Assembly (NCBI GenBank): GCA_965261545.1
Contig: CBDHDF010000010.1
Span: 518,741-582,740 of the forward strand
Origin: Bdellovibrionales bacterium
Lineage (GTDB): Bacteria; Bdellovibrionota; Bdellovibrionia; Bdellovibrionales; UBA1609
DNA: 64,000 bases
Reading direction: 5' to 3'
A program made the position numbers and the translations under genes. A model generated the notes under the pieces. The model did not search any database. It worked only from the letters and a program-made list of their open reading frames with translations, and was not told where the DNA came from. Of this stretch, positions 1-9,279 are shown piece after piece. Within the stretch, counting starts at the first letter, position 1; each line of letters opens with the position of its first letter.

Positions 1-2
1 AA

Positions 3-425
3 ATTATCAGTGGATATGAAGATGTTATCAAAGCAGGAGTTCGAAGCAAAAACCAGAGATCAGCATTGTTTCGAGCCTCCCATGAAAATGCGAAGAAAAA
101 AACAGAGTTAAAAAGATCAGAAGATATATTCGTACTCCTTGGATTGGATACGAGCATTGCCTTTTATGAAGAAGAGAAAAAGCGTTATGACGCAGAATTC
201 AAGAGACTGGCCAGAAAACACAAAGAAATTAAACACCTCCAGGGAATTCCAGGAATTGGACACATCAATGCTGTTAAAATCGTAGCTCGTGTTGTAGACC
301 CTCATCGATTTGAACGCAATTCTTGGTGGAGTTACTGTGGACTAGTGAAGCTGGCTAGAGTTAGTGGTGGAAAAATTTATGGAAAGAAAAACTCTAGATC
401 TTGTCGGCTGTTAGCTGACAATTAA
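3..425 (+). pseudogene. IS110-family transposase fragment (C-terminal Transposase_20-like part). The 5' end lies beyond the window and the 3' end is cut.
   Basis: The frame is open from the window edge (ISGYEDVIKAGVRSKNQRSALF...). LQGIPGIGHINAVKIVARVVDPHRFERNSWWSYCGLV is the conserved IS110/IS1111 C-terminal signature. The frame ends at 415-425, where IS21-type end motifs begin. Confidence 0.7.
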
Positions 426-860
426 AATGCCCCACCGTCGCCAATGAAAAGTGGCCACTTTTCAGAGGAGGACCTATGGTGATTTTTGGCATTGTCAACC
501 GAGACGCATATAATCAATTGATATTACTCATAAAAAGGCTCCGAGCTGATAAGAACTCCTTTTGGGTTCTTGTCGACCTGGAAAGGGGCTCCGTGTTGGA
601 GAGTCCTTCCATGACAGCCTATTCAGGTTCCATATTTGTCATTTGTAGACTGTTTCTGGATTTCAATGAGGTTAAATATATAGTCAAGAAAAGCCTGTTT
701 AGGCTGTGCCCATTTTCTAAAGTATTTAAATTCCACAAGATTCCAACATTTGCCTCAATTTTCATGGAATTTCTTTTTGAAGACAGGCTTCCCTTAAAGC
801 CGTCGCCAATTAAAATGTCCCACTTTCAATATGGAGGTTGTCGCCAATGAAAAGTGACCA
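415..860. repeat. Four direct copies of a ~21-bp motif GTCGCCAAT(G/T)AAAA(G)TGNCCA, at 415-434 (degenerate), 437-457, 802-822 and 840-860. Probable multi-copy end repeats of IS21-like element A.
   Basis: Read directly. Copies 437-457 and 840-860 differ at 1 of 21 positions. All are in the same orientation, just upstream of istA-A. IS21-family ends are known to carry several direct repeats. Confidence 0.5.
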
Positions 861-975
861 ATCTTCAGGGAGTGTTCAAATACTAGACAATGAAGTCTCT
901 TCTTCTGATATAGATACTAAGCTCACAGAGTCCCTCCCTTTTGCAACTCAAAAGGTTAGCAATGAGGAGGATCTT

Positions 976-2596
976 ATGATTAGTCAATACACTTTCGGCC
1001 GCATTCGTGACCTGAGTCACAGTGGTAAAAATAAGACAGAAATATCTCGTGAATTAGGGATCAATCGTAAGACGGTGGGCAAGTACTGTGAGTCCAACAC
1101 CCCACCGAAGTACAAGGCGAGGTCCAAAAGAACTCGCCCAGATCCCCTTAATGGATATATGGATCGGGTGAAGTACTTTTTGAAGTTGAACCCAAGTAAC
1201 ACCGCCCGTGAAATATATGAGCTACCTGAAATCCCTAAAAGTTGTAACTAGGTTTAATGTATTGCGTTAACTCTCTTTTCCTATGGAATTGGCTACTATC
1301 AACGGTTTGAGAGGTTTAATAGTATTAATATATTTAATATGACTCATAAAAATCTTCTTCGAAAGGTCCTTCGTTCCCATTGGATCGACAATATAAATTA
1401 GGCATAGTGGTAGCCTGCTTCTCTTCCTTGTCCCAAAAGCTTTTAACTTTATAGAGATAGGTTTTTCTTCAGTAACCCTCTCCAAAATTAGTTTCAGCTC
1501 CTATAGCCTGTTTCATGTGTTCTTGGGAAAGATATATCGCAGATTTTTCCTCTATTTGAAACAATTTTGAGAGATATTTCTTTCATTAAGATTATTATAA
1601 GAGTACACAGTTTAAAATAGCAGTGCCAAGTTTCAAAACGAATCTCGGCAAGAACTACTGGTTTTTTCCTTATTTTTTTGCTCAAAAGTGTATGACATCG
1701 TTAATATTGTAACTATGCTTTTGAAGAGATGAAAATCTCTTAATCAAAGTGAAGGCCTTCTCAGACAATAATCAGGACTTAAGTCCTATACCTAGTTACA
1801 ACTTTTAGGGATTTCAGGGAGCTATTAGTTGAGGAGGGTTATCGTGGGAGTGAGAGAACGGTTCAGAGAAGAGTTTGTGAGATTCTTGGTTCTCGCCCCA
1901 AGGAGCGTTTTTTCAGCCAAAGATATGATCCTGGAGAACAGGCTCAGTTTGATTTTAAGGAGAAGGTTGCTTTACCATTTGCCGATGGTGTTCAGATCGT
2001 TCATCTCCATTTTGGAACATTGCCTTGTAGTGGCACCTGTTGGGTTCGTGCCTACCCCTTTCTTGTCTATGAGTGTTTCATCGATGGGGTGCATGCTTTT
2101 TTTGAAAAGATAGGTGGGATGAGTGCGAACATCCGTATTGATAATTTATCTCCCTGTGTGAAGAAAGTTCTTAAAGGAAATCAGCGAATTTACACCCAAT
2201 CTTTTGATCGAGCCATCCAATACTATGGATTTAAGGTTCTTCCCTGCCGCGCAGGGAAGGGCTCTGACAAGGGAGATGTGGAGCGTGATATTCGAACCTT
2301 CAGTTCTCGGATAAAAAATATTGTTAGAAACAAAGGAATTGTTTTTAAAGACTGGGATCATTTGAATCAGTTTTTAGAGTCTTATATGGATCAGCATCAG
2401 AGTGACTCCACCAAATCTCGCTTTGAGGAGGAGGCCAAAGTTCTTAAGCCTTTGCCTCCACGAGATGAAGATATTCTCTGTAAGGTGAATATTTGTCAAA
2501 GTAATGGTTATGGGACTTTGAGAATAGGTAAAACCACATATTCCATACCTGATGAGGTGATCCAATCTCCCTGTAAAACCGTACAGGGTCCCTATC
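976..2596 (+). pseudogene. istA: IS21-family transposase IstA (element A), 5' two thirds. It is interrupted by the MITE at 1225-1818 and ends at the IS21-B insertion.
   Basis: An SD (gaggagg) precedes ATG 976. There is an HTH (YTFGRIRDLSHSGKNKTEISRELGINRKTVGKYC). After excising 1225-1818 plus one TSD copy, the frame reads REIYELLVEEGYRGSERTVQRRV. The catalytic core follows (QFDFKE..., IDNLSPCVKKV, YYGFKVLPCRAGKGSDKGDVER). Confidence 0.85.
1225..1818. mobile_element. Non-autonomous MITE-like element, 594 bp, with perfect 28-bp terminal inverted repeats and a 6-bp target duplication.
   Basis: TIR cctgaaatccctaaaagttgtaactagg at 1225-1252 and its exact reverse complement at 1791-1818. The flanking direct repeat gagcta lies at 1219-1224 and 1819-1824. 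Only short ORFs (72 and 63 aa, minus strand) lie inside, none transposase-like. Confidence 0.85.
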
Positions 2597-2682
2597 CCCG
2601 ATGGGCGGGTTAAACCAGGCCATTTGTGGGCGGGCAAACCAGGCCATTTAGGGCGATCTGACAAGATGGGCTCACCCTACCT

Positions 2683-3453
2683 TTAATTTTTTATCTTGAC
2701 AAGTCGGTTTGAAGCTTCCTTCAATCGGTAGCTTTTTCCCTCAAATTTTAATAGTTGGCTGCAGTGGAGAAGGCGATCCAGGATGGCAGAGGCCACGGTA
2801 TTATCGCCCAAACACTTTCCCCAGTCCTCAATAATGCGATTGGAGGTAATAAGAGTGCTTTTTCTCGCTGAGTATCGATCCAGAATGATTTCCTGGAAGT
2901 CATCGCAAGCCTCTGGCGGAATGCGCTTTCTAAGAAAAAGATCATCAATGATCAACAGGTCCACATGGATGAGTTGGGTGTAGAACCTCTTTCTGCGCCC
3001 CAGCTGCCTGGCCTCAAAGAGATTTTCAAAGAGCTTGTGAGCTTCTTGATACAAAACCTTGTAATTTGATATGGAACAGACCTTGGTGGCTATAGCTTTT
3101 GCAATGTGGCTTTTTCCAGTTCCAGGGGAGCCAATAAGCAAGGCTCCCTCCCCCTGCTTGATGAACTTCAAGTTCATTAATTCCAAGATCATTGGCTTGG
3201 GTATTTTTGGGTTAAAATTCCAATCAAAGCCGGTGAGGGTGGACTCTTCCGTGAGCTTGGATGCTTTGAGGAGTCTCTCACATTTTTTGCTTTTCTTGAA
3301 ATCCTTTTCATCCTGTAAGAGCAATGAGAAGGTCTCTTGGAAGTTTTGTTGGTTCTGTGTGTGTTGGTAACTTCGAGCCTCAAATGTTTCAAACATGCCT
3401 ATAAGCTTAAGGCTTTTGAGAGTCTCTTGTATTTCTGTAGGTGACATTGGCAT
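2683..3453 (-). CDS. istB: IS21-family helper ATPase IstB (element B).
   Basis: 256 aa. Walker A LLIGSPGTGKSHIAKAIA, Walker B LLIIDDL, typical IstB size. The SD ggaaaggag lies upstream. Confidence 0.9.
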   Translation of the reverse strand: MPMSPTEIQETLKSLKLIGMFETFEARSYQHTQNQQNFQETFSLLLQDEKDFKKSKKCERLLKASKLTEESTLTGFDWNFNPKIPKPMILELMNLKFIKQGEGALLIGSPGTGKSHIAKAIATKVCSISNYKVLYQEAHKLFENLFEARQLGRRKRFYTQLIHVDLLIIDDLFLRKRIPPEACDDFQEIILDRYSARKSTLITSNRIIEDWGKCLGDNTVASAILDRLLHCSQLLKFEGKSYRLKEASNRLVKIKN

Positions 3454-3532
3454 TGTGATTGCTCCTTTCCTCTAGAAGAGGGGTTGGGGGGGTGGATTAA
3501 GTAAGGTTGGTGCTAGGCTGAGGGTGTAAGGG

Positions 3533-6086
3533 CAATGGCATTCGTTTTTGCAGAAGGTTTTTCCACATTTTTCTGACTCCCTCTAACATACTGAGTTAAG
3601 GGGGCTTTTATCTTTTTTCTTTTTCCGAAAAAAAATACTTGAGTCCACCCCATCGTTGTGTCACATTATATTTGAACCATTCCCAAAGGGGAGAGACTCA
3701 AATGGACCCACGCATAGAGACATTGCCTTCAACAACTTTTTTTGGAAGACGCTTGACGCGCAAGCAAATTGCCGACATTCAAAAGACGGTGGCGCTATTT
3801 CCTTCTTTAAGTCGCCGTGAACTGGGTTATACAGTTTGTGAACATCTTGGTTGGCTAACTCCCAAAGGTGATCATCGCATCCAATCGTGCCTTCGTATGC
3901 TTGAGACGCTAGAGGAACTTGACATTCTATCCCTGCCAGAAAAAGACATGTCAAAGCGGAGTGTCCCCTCCAAAAAAATCACTTGGACACACCGAACAGA
4001 TGAAAAGCCTCTCATCAACGATAAACTAGACTCATTGACCCCACTTTCTTTGCAAATCGTAACTGATCAAGAGGCCATTAAGGAATGGAATGAAGTTGTC
4101 GATCGGCATCATTATCTCAATTACAGACGTCCCTTTGGTCCCCACTTACGCTATTTCATCTTAGATAATTGTGGGCGAAGATTGGGTTGTCTTTTATTTG
4201 AAGCTGGCACATCCACTTTGCCTTGCCGTGATGAATGGATCGGTTGGCAAAATCGAGCTTACAAAAAGCACTTGAATTTAGTGGTGAACAATAGTCGATT
4301 TTTGATCTTTCCCTGGGTAAAGGTTCGCCATCTTGCTTCGATGGCTTTATCTATGGCAACTCGCCAACTTCCCACAGACTGGGAGTTAAAACATGCTTTC
4401 AAACCTGTACTCATGGAGACTTTTGTCGACCTTACCAAATTTAATGCCACGAGCTATCGTGCTGCCAACTGGCTTTATTTGGGCAAAACAAATGGGAGTC
4501 GTGCCTACAAAAATGTAAAGGGAAAAACTCAAAAAGGTGTTTATGTTCAACCTCTGACAAAGAATTATCAGTCTATCTTATTGAATGGCCCCCAATGCGC
4601 TATCAAGAAACCCGTCGGGAAACCCACCATCAAGCCACATAAGAACTTGGCTGAGCCTATGCTAGAGGACTCTTTTGTGCATCTTTGGCAAAACATCATC
4701 AAGACAGTGGTTATCATTGCAGATGAGTACGACCGAACCTGGCAAAAGCGTCAACGTGTCTTGAATACATTGTTGATTATACTTTTCATCTTCCGACTTG
4801 TTTTCTCTAAAGGAAAACAAGGTTATGATACAACTTTGATTGAACTTTGGGAGCAGTGTCGCATATTAGACATTGAACTCCCTCAACCTAAACCAGTTCG
4901 GGCATCCACTATGTGTAGTGCACGGGCTAAAGTAGATGAAAATATATTTAAAGTTTTGCATGATGAAATTCTTAAACAAGACGGTATATCCAATTCTAGT
5001 ACCTTATGGAAGGGCCATAAGGTTTTCGCAGTGGATGGATCGAAAATAAATTTACCACGTCAACTCGTAGATAATGGGTATCAGCAACCATGGGAAAAAG
5101 CATGGTACCCTCAAGGTCTTGTCAGTTGCCTGTACCAACTACAGTCGAAGATTCCTGTGGATTTTGATCTCTTTGCCCATAACAATGAGAGAAAGGCTGC
5201 ACAAACTCATTTCAAAAAATTGTTTGAAAACGATGTTGTGGTTTATGATCGTGGCTATTATTCCTACGAAATGCTTCATGAGCATAAGGTGCGAAGTCTG
5301 CATGCGGTGTTTAGGATAAGGAGAAATGCCAACACTGTTTTTGATGAATTTATTAATAATGATCAAAAAGACTCAGTGATCCAAGTCATTCCTAGCAAGC
5401 AAATTCTGAAAGAACTACATAAAAAAAAGCCACAAGACGACTTCAAAGCCTACGCTTTGCGTTTGGTCAAATATAAAATTGGACAAACTACTTTTGTTCT
5501 AGGAACAACCTTAATGGATCAAAAAAAATATTCCATTGATGATCTGGCCAATCTCTATCATGGACGCTGGAGTATAGAGGAACTGTACAAAATATCCAAA
5601 GAACTGATGACCATTGAAGAGTTTCATTCTCAAAGTGAAAGGGGAGTCAAACAAGAATTGTTTGCACACTTCACACTTATCACTCTGACAAGATTATTTT
5701 CCAACTACACGGAAGACCGTCTTAATACATCTCAATCCCATAGTAAAAAACAAACCATGCAGACAAACTTTAAAAACAATTTACTGACAATTGCAAGAAA
5801 TATTGAAGGTCTTTTTCTTCAACAAAAGGTAGTGCTTAGTAAAACCCTCAATTGCATCATTACAAATATGAAGACCTGCCGACAAAGGCTACGTCCGAAT
5901 AGGCATTACGACCGAGTTTCTAGAAAACCCATCGGAGTATGGAGACCCAGTAAAGAGGTTAGGGGGGCTATGGCCAACGGATAATCACATGGATCAAAGA
6001 AAAAAACTTGGGGTTAGCCCACCCCCGAGGAGTTAGAGGTTCAAATCCTTAACCGAATGGGATCTCTCACTAAACGAATGCCATTG
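3533..6086 (+). mobile_element. IS4-family insertion sequence, copy 1 (2554 bp), encoding a DUF4338-like/DDE fusion transposase.
   Basis: The 15-bp terminal IR caatggcattcgttt lies at 3533-3547, with its reverse complement at 6072-6086. The 10-bp target duplication ggtgtaaggg lies at 3523-3532 and 6087-6096. A second copy is at 62639-64000. Confidence 0.9.
3702..5984 (+). CDS. Fusion transposase with an N-terminal DUF4338-like domain and a C-terminal IS4-family DDE domain.
   Basis: N-terminal motifs: HHYLNYRRPFGPHLRYFI, RDEWIGW, NNSRFLIFPWVKVRHLAS, METFVD, YRAANWLYLGKTNG. C-terminal part: VFAVDGSKINLP, VVVYDRGYYS, YHGRWSIEELYKISK (the Y-2-R-3-E-6-K signature of IS4). The likely start is ATG 3702; the ORF track gives TTG 3639. 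Confidence 0.8.
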   Translation: MDPRIETLPSTTFFGRRLTRKQIADIQKTVALFPSLSRRELGYTVCEHLGWLTPKGDHRIQSCLRMLETLEELDILSLPEKDMSKRSVPSKKITWTHRTDEKPLINDKLDSLTPLSLQIVTDQEAIKEWNEVVDRHHYLNYRRPFGPHLRYFILDNCGRRLGCLLFEAGTSTLPCRDEWIGWQNRAYKKHLNLVVNNSRFLIFPWVKVRHLASMALSMATRQLPTDWELKHAFKPVLMETFVDLTKFNATSYRAANWLYLGKTNGSRAYKNVKGKTQKGVYVQPLTKNYQSILLNGPQCAIKKPVGKPTIKPHKNLAEPMLEDSFVHLWQNIIKTVVIIADEYDRTWQKRQRVLNTLLIILFIFRLVFSKGKQGYDTTLIELWEQCRILDIELPQPKPVRASTMCSARAKVDENIFKVLHDEILKQDGISNSSTLWKGHKVFAVDGSKINLPRQLVDNGYQQPWEKAWYPQGLVSCLYQLQSKIPVDFDLFAHNNERKAAQTHFKKLFENDVVVYDRGYYSYEMLHEHKVRSLHAVFRIRRNANTVFDEFINNDQKDSVIQVIPSKQILKELHKKKPQDDFKAYALRLVKYKIGQTTFVLGTTLMDQKKYSIDDLANLYHGRWSIEELYKISKELMTIEEFHSQSERGVKQELFAHFTLITLTRLFSNYTEDRLNTSQSHSKKQTMQTNFKNNLLTIARNIEGLFLQQKVVLSKTLNCIITNMKTCRQRLRPNRHYDRVSRKPIGVWRPSKEVRGAMANG

Positions 6087-7992
6087 GGTGTAAGGGTGAG
6101 TGGTAGATTTCGTTGTTGGCATGTAAATCCCAGTAGATGGCATACTCGGATGGTGCTCGAATGATGTCGTGGTCTTGGGTGAGGTGGGATTCCATCTTTT
6201 TCTCATCCACAGGGGGCTGTAGTTCCTCAACAAGCCTTTTAAAGACCCTAAGAGATAAGACCCCTCTGCTCACAGCCTGAATGGCTGCTTTTTCAATAAG
6301 ATCAGAGTGATATTTTTTAGCCAAGGACACCACCCCACGCATCTGCCTGTTTCCAACTCTCTCATCCACCCTGAGTAATGACTGACAAAAAGCTTTTGTT
6401 TGAGGGCCAATCTGACCCGCATCAGCTAAAATATTTTCTACATGGCGAGATGGATTATAAACACGATCTTTGTCTAGCAAAGAGAGACTCCCCGGGAGAG
6501 TGGCTTTTTGGTGGCGGCGGATAACACTCATCGTAGCAGGGTCCATAATCTCTATGTCTTTATCATAAATACGCACAATGACTTGGCTCTTTAGATCAGA
6601 AGGGTAGGCGCAATAGTAACTGTTTCCCACTTGAATGAGCCCATCGTCTGCAACTGTTCGTATCTCTTGTTTAAAAAAATCAAATTTCTTTTGGGGGAGC
6701 TTTTTGAGAAAGGGGCTCTCTTCTTCAAACATCTCAGAAACGACTCGCTTGGTGCGACCATGGACCCGAGGGCGAGCCCAAGTGTGCTCCCAGTGCATGA
6801 GCCACTCATTTTGCTCCTCAATGGTTTTAAATGAACGACCCTTCAGTGCTGTGTCTTGGGTGTGGTGAATGGCGTGCTCAACGGTTCCTTTCCTATCAGG
6901 ATCACGAACTCTTGCCGGGTCAGCAACGACCCCGTAGTGAGTCAGTACAGCGCCATAAACGGCGTTCAGCGTTGGCTCATAGATATCTGGCTTAATAACA
7001 CCTTCCTTGAGATTGTCTAAGACGACATATTGAGGGCAGCCCAAAAAATAATGAAAAGCCTCCTCATGGAGTCTGCTCCACGTCTCTTGGCTGGACTTCC
7101 AAACAACCTTGCGAAAAGAGGCACGAGAGTACTTGAGGGTCATCACAAAAAGGCGAGGCCGCCTATATTTGCCTGTCCGGGGGTGAACAGTCAGAGCCCC
7201 TTGGCCATAATCCACTTGGGCTTCCTCTCCGGGGGGAAAATCCAAGCGATCATAGCGTTTGGGAGTACTCTTCTTCAGCTTCCTTACAAATTTTTTCACG
7301 CTGTCGTAGGAGTGAGAAAAACCAAATTTCTCCACTAAATCTTGGTAGATGGCCATTCGATTGCGCTCTAAGTTCAAAGCCTGATTTTCAATCCAAGCCC
7401 TGTGGGGCTCACAAGCCGACTGATGACATAAGGGGCGTTGAGAGGTTTTATCTTTAAGAGATTTTTTCAATCCAGGTGGTTCTATACAGTCCGTGGATCC
7501 AGTTTCTGTGGGAGCAGCCATCGGTTCCACCATGGTTGTGGATGGGCGCGTGAGGCAGGCGGAGGAGTGCATGGAAGCCCCATCAGACACGACAAGACAT
7601 GCTGAGCCTGATCCTATAGGGGAAGATGGAGGCGTTTCTAAGGGGGGTGTGGCTTCCCCTAGAAGAACCTGCTGATTGAATTCTGTGGAGGAGACCGAAA
7701 CTTCCTTGGGCTTTTCGAACTGGGCCACAGGAAGGCTTGGAGGCTCCGCAGAGCAAATTTCAGGAGAACATGAAGATGAACATGACTCTGCTTCTGAGCA
7801 CACCGAAAAGGCTGGAGATTTTGGCTCTATACCTCCTGTACGCCCCTTTTTGGCAATGACCCTATGGGCTTTCGCATACTCTGAAACCGTAGATCGACCT
7901 ACATGTAGCCTTTTCGCTATTTTACGAAATGAGTGACCTGCTATAATTAATGTTAATATCTCTTCTTGTTTTTGTTTATTCAAGACGTTCAT
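6070..7992 (-). CDS. istA: IS21-family transposase IstA (element B). The last codons are replaced by the IS insertion at 6086.
   Basis: 640 aa. HTH (SFRKIAKRLHVGRSTVSEY), catalytic core (QVDYGQG, VLDNLKEGV, DPARVRDPDRKGTVE). The present stop lies inside the IS terminal repeat. The native tail (..HSPLHPQPSTNLT) continues at 3532 downward. Confidence 0.85.
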   Translation of the reverse strand: MNVLNKQKQEEILTLIIAGHSFRKIAKRLHVGRSTVSEYAKAHRVIAKKGRTGGIEPKSPAFSVCSEAESCSSSCSPEICSAEPPSLPVAQFEKPKEVSVSSTEFNQQVLLGEATPPLETPPSSPIGSGSACLVVSDGASMHSSACLTRPSTTMVEPMAAPTETGSTDCIEPPGLKKSLKDKTSQRPLCHQSACEPHRAWIENQALNLERNRMAIYQDLVEKFGFSHSYDSVKKFVRKLKKSTPKRYDRLDFPPGEEAQVDYGQGALTVHPRTGKYRRPRLFVMTLKYSRASFRKVVWKSSQETWSRLHEEAFHYFLGCPQYVVLDNLKEGVIKPDIYEPTLNAVYGAVLTHYGVVADPARVRDPDRKGTVEHAIHHTQDTALKGRSFKTIEEQNEWLMHWEHTWARPRVHGRTKRVVSEMFEEESPFLKKLPQKKFDFFKQEIRTVADDGLIQVGNSYYCAYPSDLKSQVIVRIYDKDIEIMDPATMSVIRRHQKATLPGSLSLLDKDRVYNPSRHVENILADAGQIGPQTKAFCQSLLRVDERVGNRQMRGVVSLAKKYHSDLIEKAAIQAVSRGVLSLRVFKRLVEELQPPVDEKKMESHLTQDHDIIRAPSEYAIYWDLHANNEIYHSPLHPMAFV

Positions 7993-8114
7993 CCTTCCCT
8001 CCCAGGTTGTTTTCTAGAAGGTATTTTACAATACGCCTTGTCAGATATTAAATTTTAAATGGCCTGGTTTGCCCGCCCACAAATGGCCTGGTTTGCCCTC
8101 CCCTCCGGGCTATC

Positions 8115-8560
8115 ATGTCACGATCTATCGTGCAGGAGGGAAGCAAGAAATTGTCGCTCGCCATCAAAGAAAACCTGATGGGGAGCATAGTCTTCTTCTT
8201 GAACATATCCTTCCCTCTTTAGTTCGTAAGCCGCAAGCCATGGTAAGATGGGCTCACCGATCCATTCTTTTTCCAACAAATGTGTTTGAAAATTTTTATC
8301 AATACCTCAAGCAACAAGATTCAAGCCGTGCCGAGCATGAATATTTAAGAGTTATCAACTTGATTCAGCATGTGAGTTGGCAGGACTTATCTACAGCCAT
8401 GGAGCTTCAATTAGAAAGTCGTGAGATTTTCGACTTTAAATCCATAAAAGATTTGCTCTTAGGCAATCCCACCAAAATTAATTTGAATGACCAACAAAAA
8501 CCACTTCAACCTAGATTGTCTCAATATGACAGTCTTGTTCCAAACATAGGAGGTTCTTAA
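8115..8560 (+). pseudogene. istA: IstA (element A), 3' third, continuing from 2596.
   Basis: Joins in frame to codon ..GPY at 2593-2595 once IS21-B is removed. It overlaps the istB-A start (ATGA at 8557-8560), as is typical for IS21. Confidence 0.8.
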
Positions 8561-8964
8561 TGAATCACGAAGAACTTATAGGTTCTCTTAAAAAACTCCG
8601 ACTTCCAGCGATGGCGGATGAATATGTTGCAACGGCTAGAGTTGCCGAAAAAACAAAAAAGACGTATGAACAGTATTTAGGTATACTCGTTCAAAATGAG
8701 CTTGCTGACAAGCATTCCCAGAGAGTGAAAAGATTGCTTAAGGGGGCCAAGCTTCCTCAACTTAAATCACTCCAAACTTATAACTTCCAGAAAAGAACGG
8801 GAGTGACAGCTCAGCAAATTAATTGGATGGCAGAGGGAGAGTGGGTCAGAAAAGCCTGTAATGTTGTGTTTTACGGAAGCTTTGGAATGGGGAAAAGTCA
8901 TTTGGCCATGTCCCTAGTTCGTTCACTCTGTGAACAAGGCTATCGATGTTTATGGGTCACCACT
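8560..8964 (+). pseudogene. istB: IstB (element A), truncated after about 135 codons.
   Basis: An N-terminal IstB-like helix region and Walker A (FYGSFGMGKSHLA) are present. Walker B and the rest are missing. Similarity ends at ..RCLWVTT, followed by tgttatacg... Confidence 0.75.
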
Positions 8965-9279
8965 TGTTATACGATACTTTATTCTGACTAGAATTCGCCT
9001 TTATTTTTTATTTTTCTTTGACCATCCCTAGAGAATTATTACATTCCCTTGACTAAGTCTTGTCATAACCTCCCCATGAGTTTAATACTCTGCATCAGGA
9101 GGTGTTATGATTTTAGCTACTTTTGTATCAACGGATGACCTTGTAAAAGAAGGTAAGAATTACAATTGGAAGAGGCCATGTAAGTGCCAAAATCCCGGAT
9201 GTAAAAGTGAGAAGCTCTGGGGCCATGGCTATGTGAAGAGATACTTTTTTGCATGCTCTGAAGCGGTCTACCTCAAGCG

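Larger units (their letters stand above)
2597..8109 (-). mobile_element. IS21-like element B (istA-B, istB-B), inserted in istA-A and itself interrupted by an IS4-family element.
   Basis: Imperfect inverted ends of about 65 bp (2597-2662 vs 8041-8109), each carrying two copies of AAACCAGGCCATTT and ending ATCTGACA. The 5-bp direct repeat ctatc lies at 2592-2596 and 8110-8114. Excision restores istA-A as ...TVQGPYHVTIYRAGG. Confidence 0.85.
415..8964 (+). mobile_element. IS21-like element A, heavily disrupted. Its left end repeats and istA-A/istB-A carry three insertions, and the right part is lost.
   Basis: The istA-A and istB-A reading frames are restored by removing the insertions at 1225-1818 and 2597-8109. 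istB-A stops being IstB-like after codon 135 (about 8964). Confidence 0.6.

Noticed and set aside
476-850. A 124-aa ORF between the IS21-A end motifs.
   Set aside because: It has no recognisable motif, an unusual composition, and overlaps the repeated end motifs. It is more likely non-coding IS-end sequence or a scrap of another element. Reverse-strand frames are broken by stops.
6026-6086. tRNA-like GGTTCAAATCC (T-loop-like) motif in the IS right end. It is also present at 61870-61880 and 62680-62690.
   Set aside because: No acceptor, D or anticodon arms can be folded around it, and the flanking stem is imperfect. It is part of the IS subterminal sequence and not a tRNA gene or an obvious tRNA target remnant.
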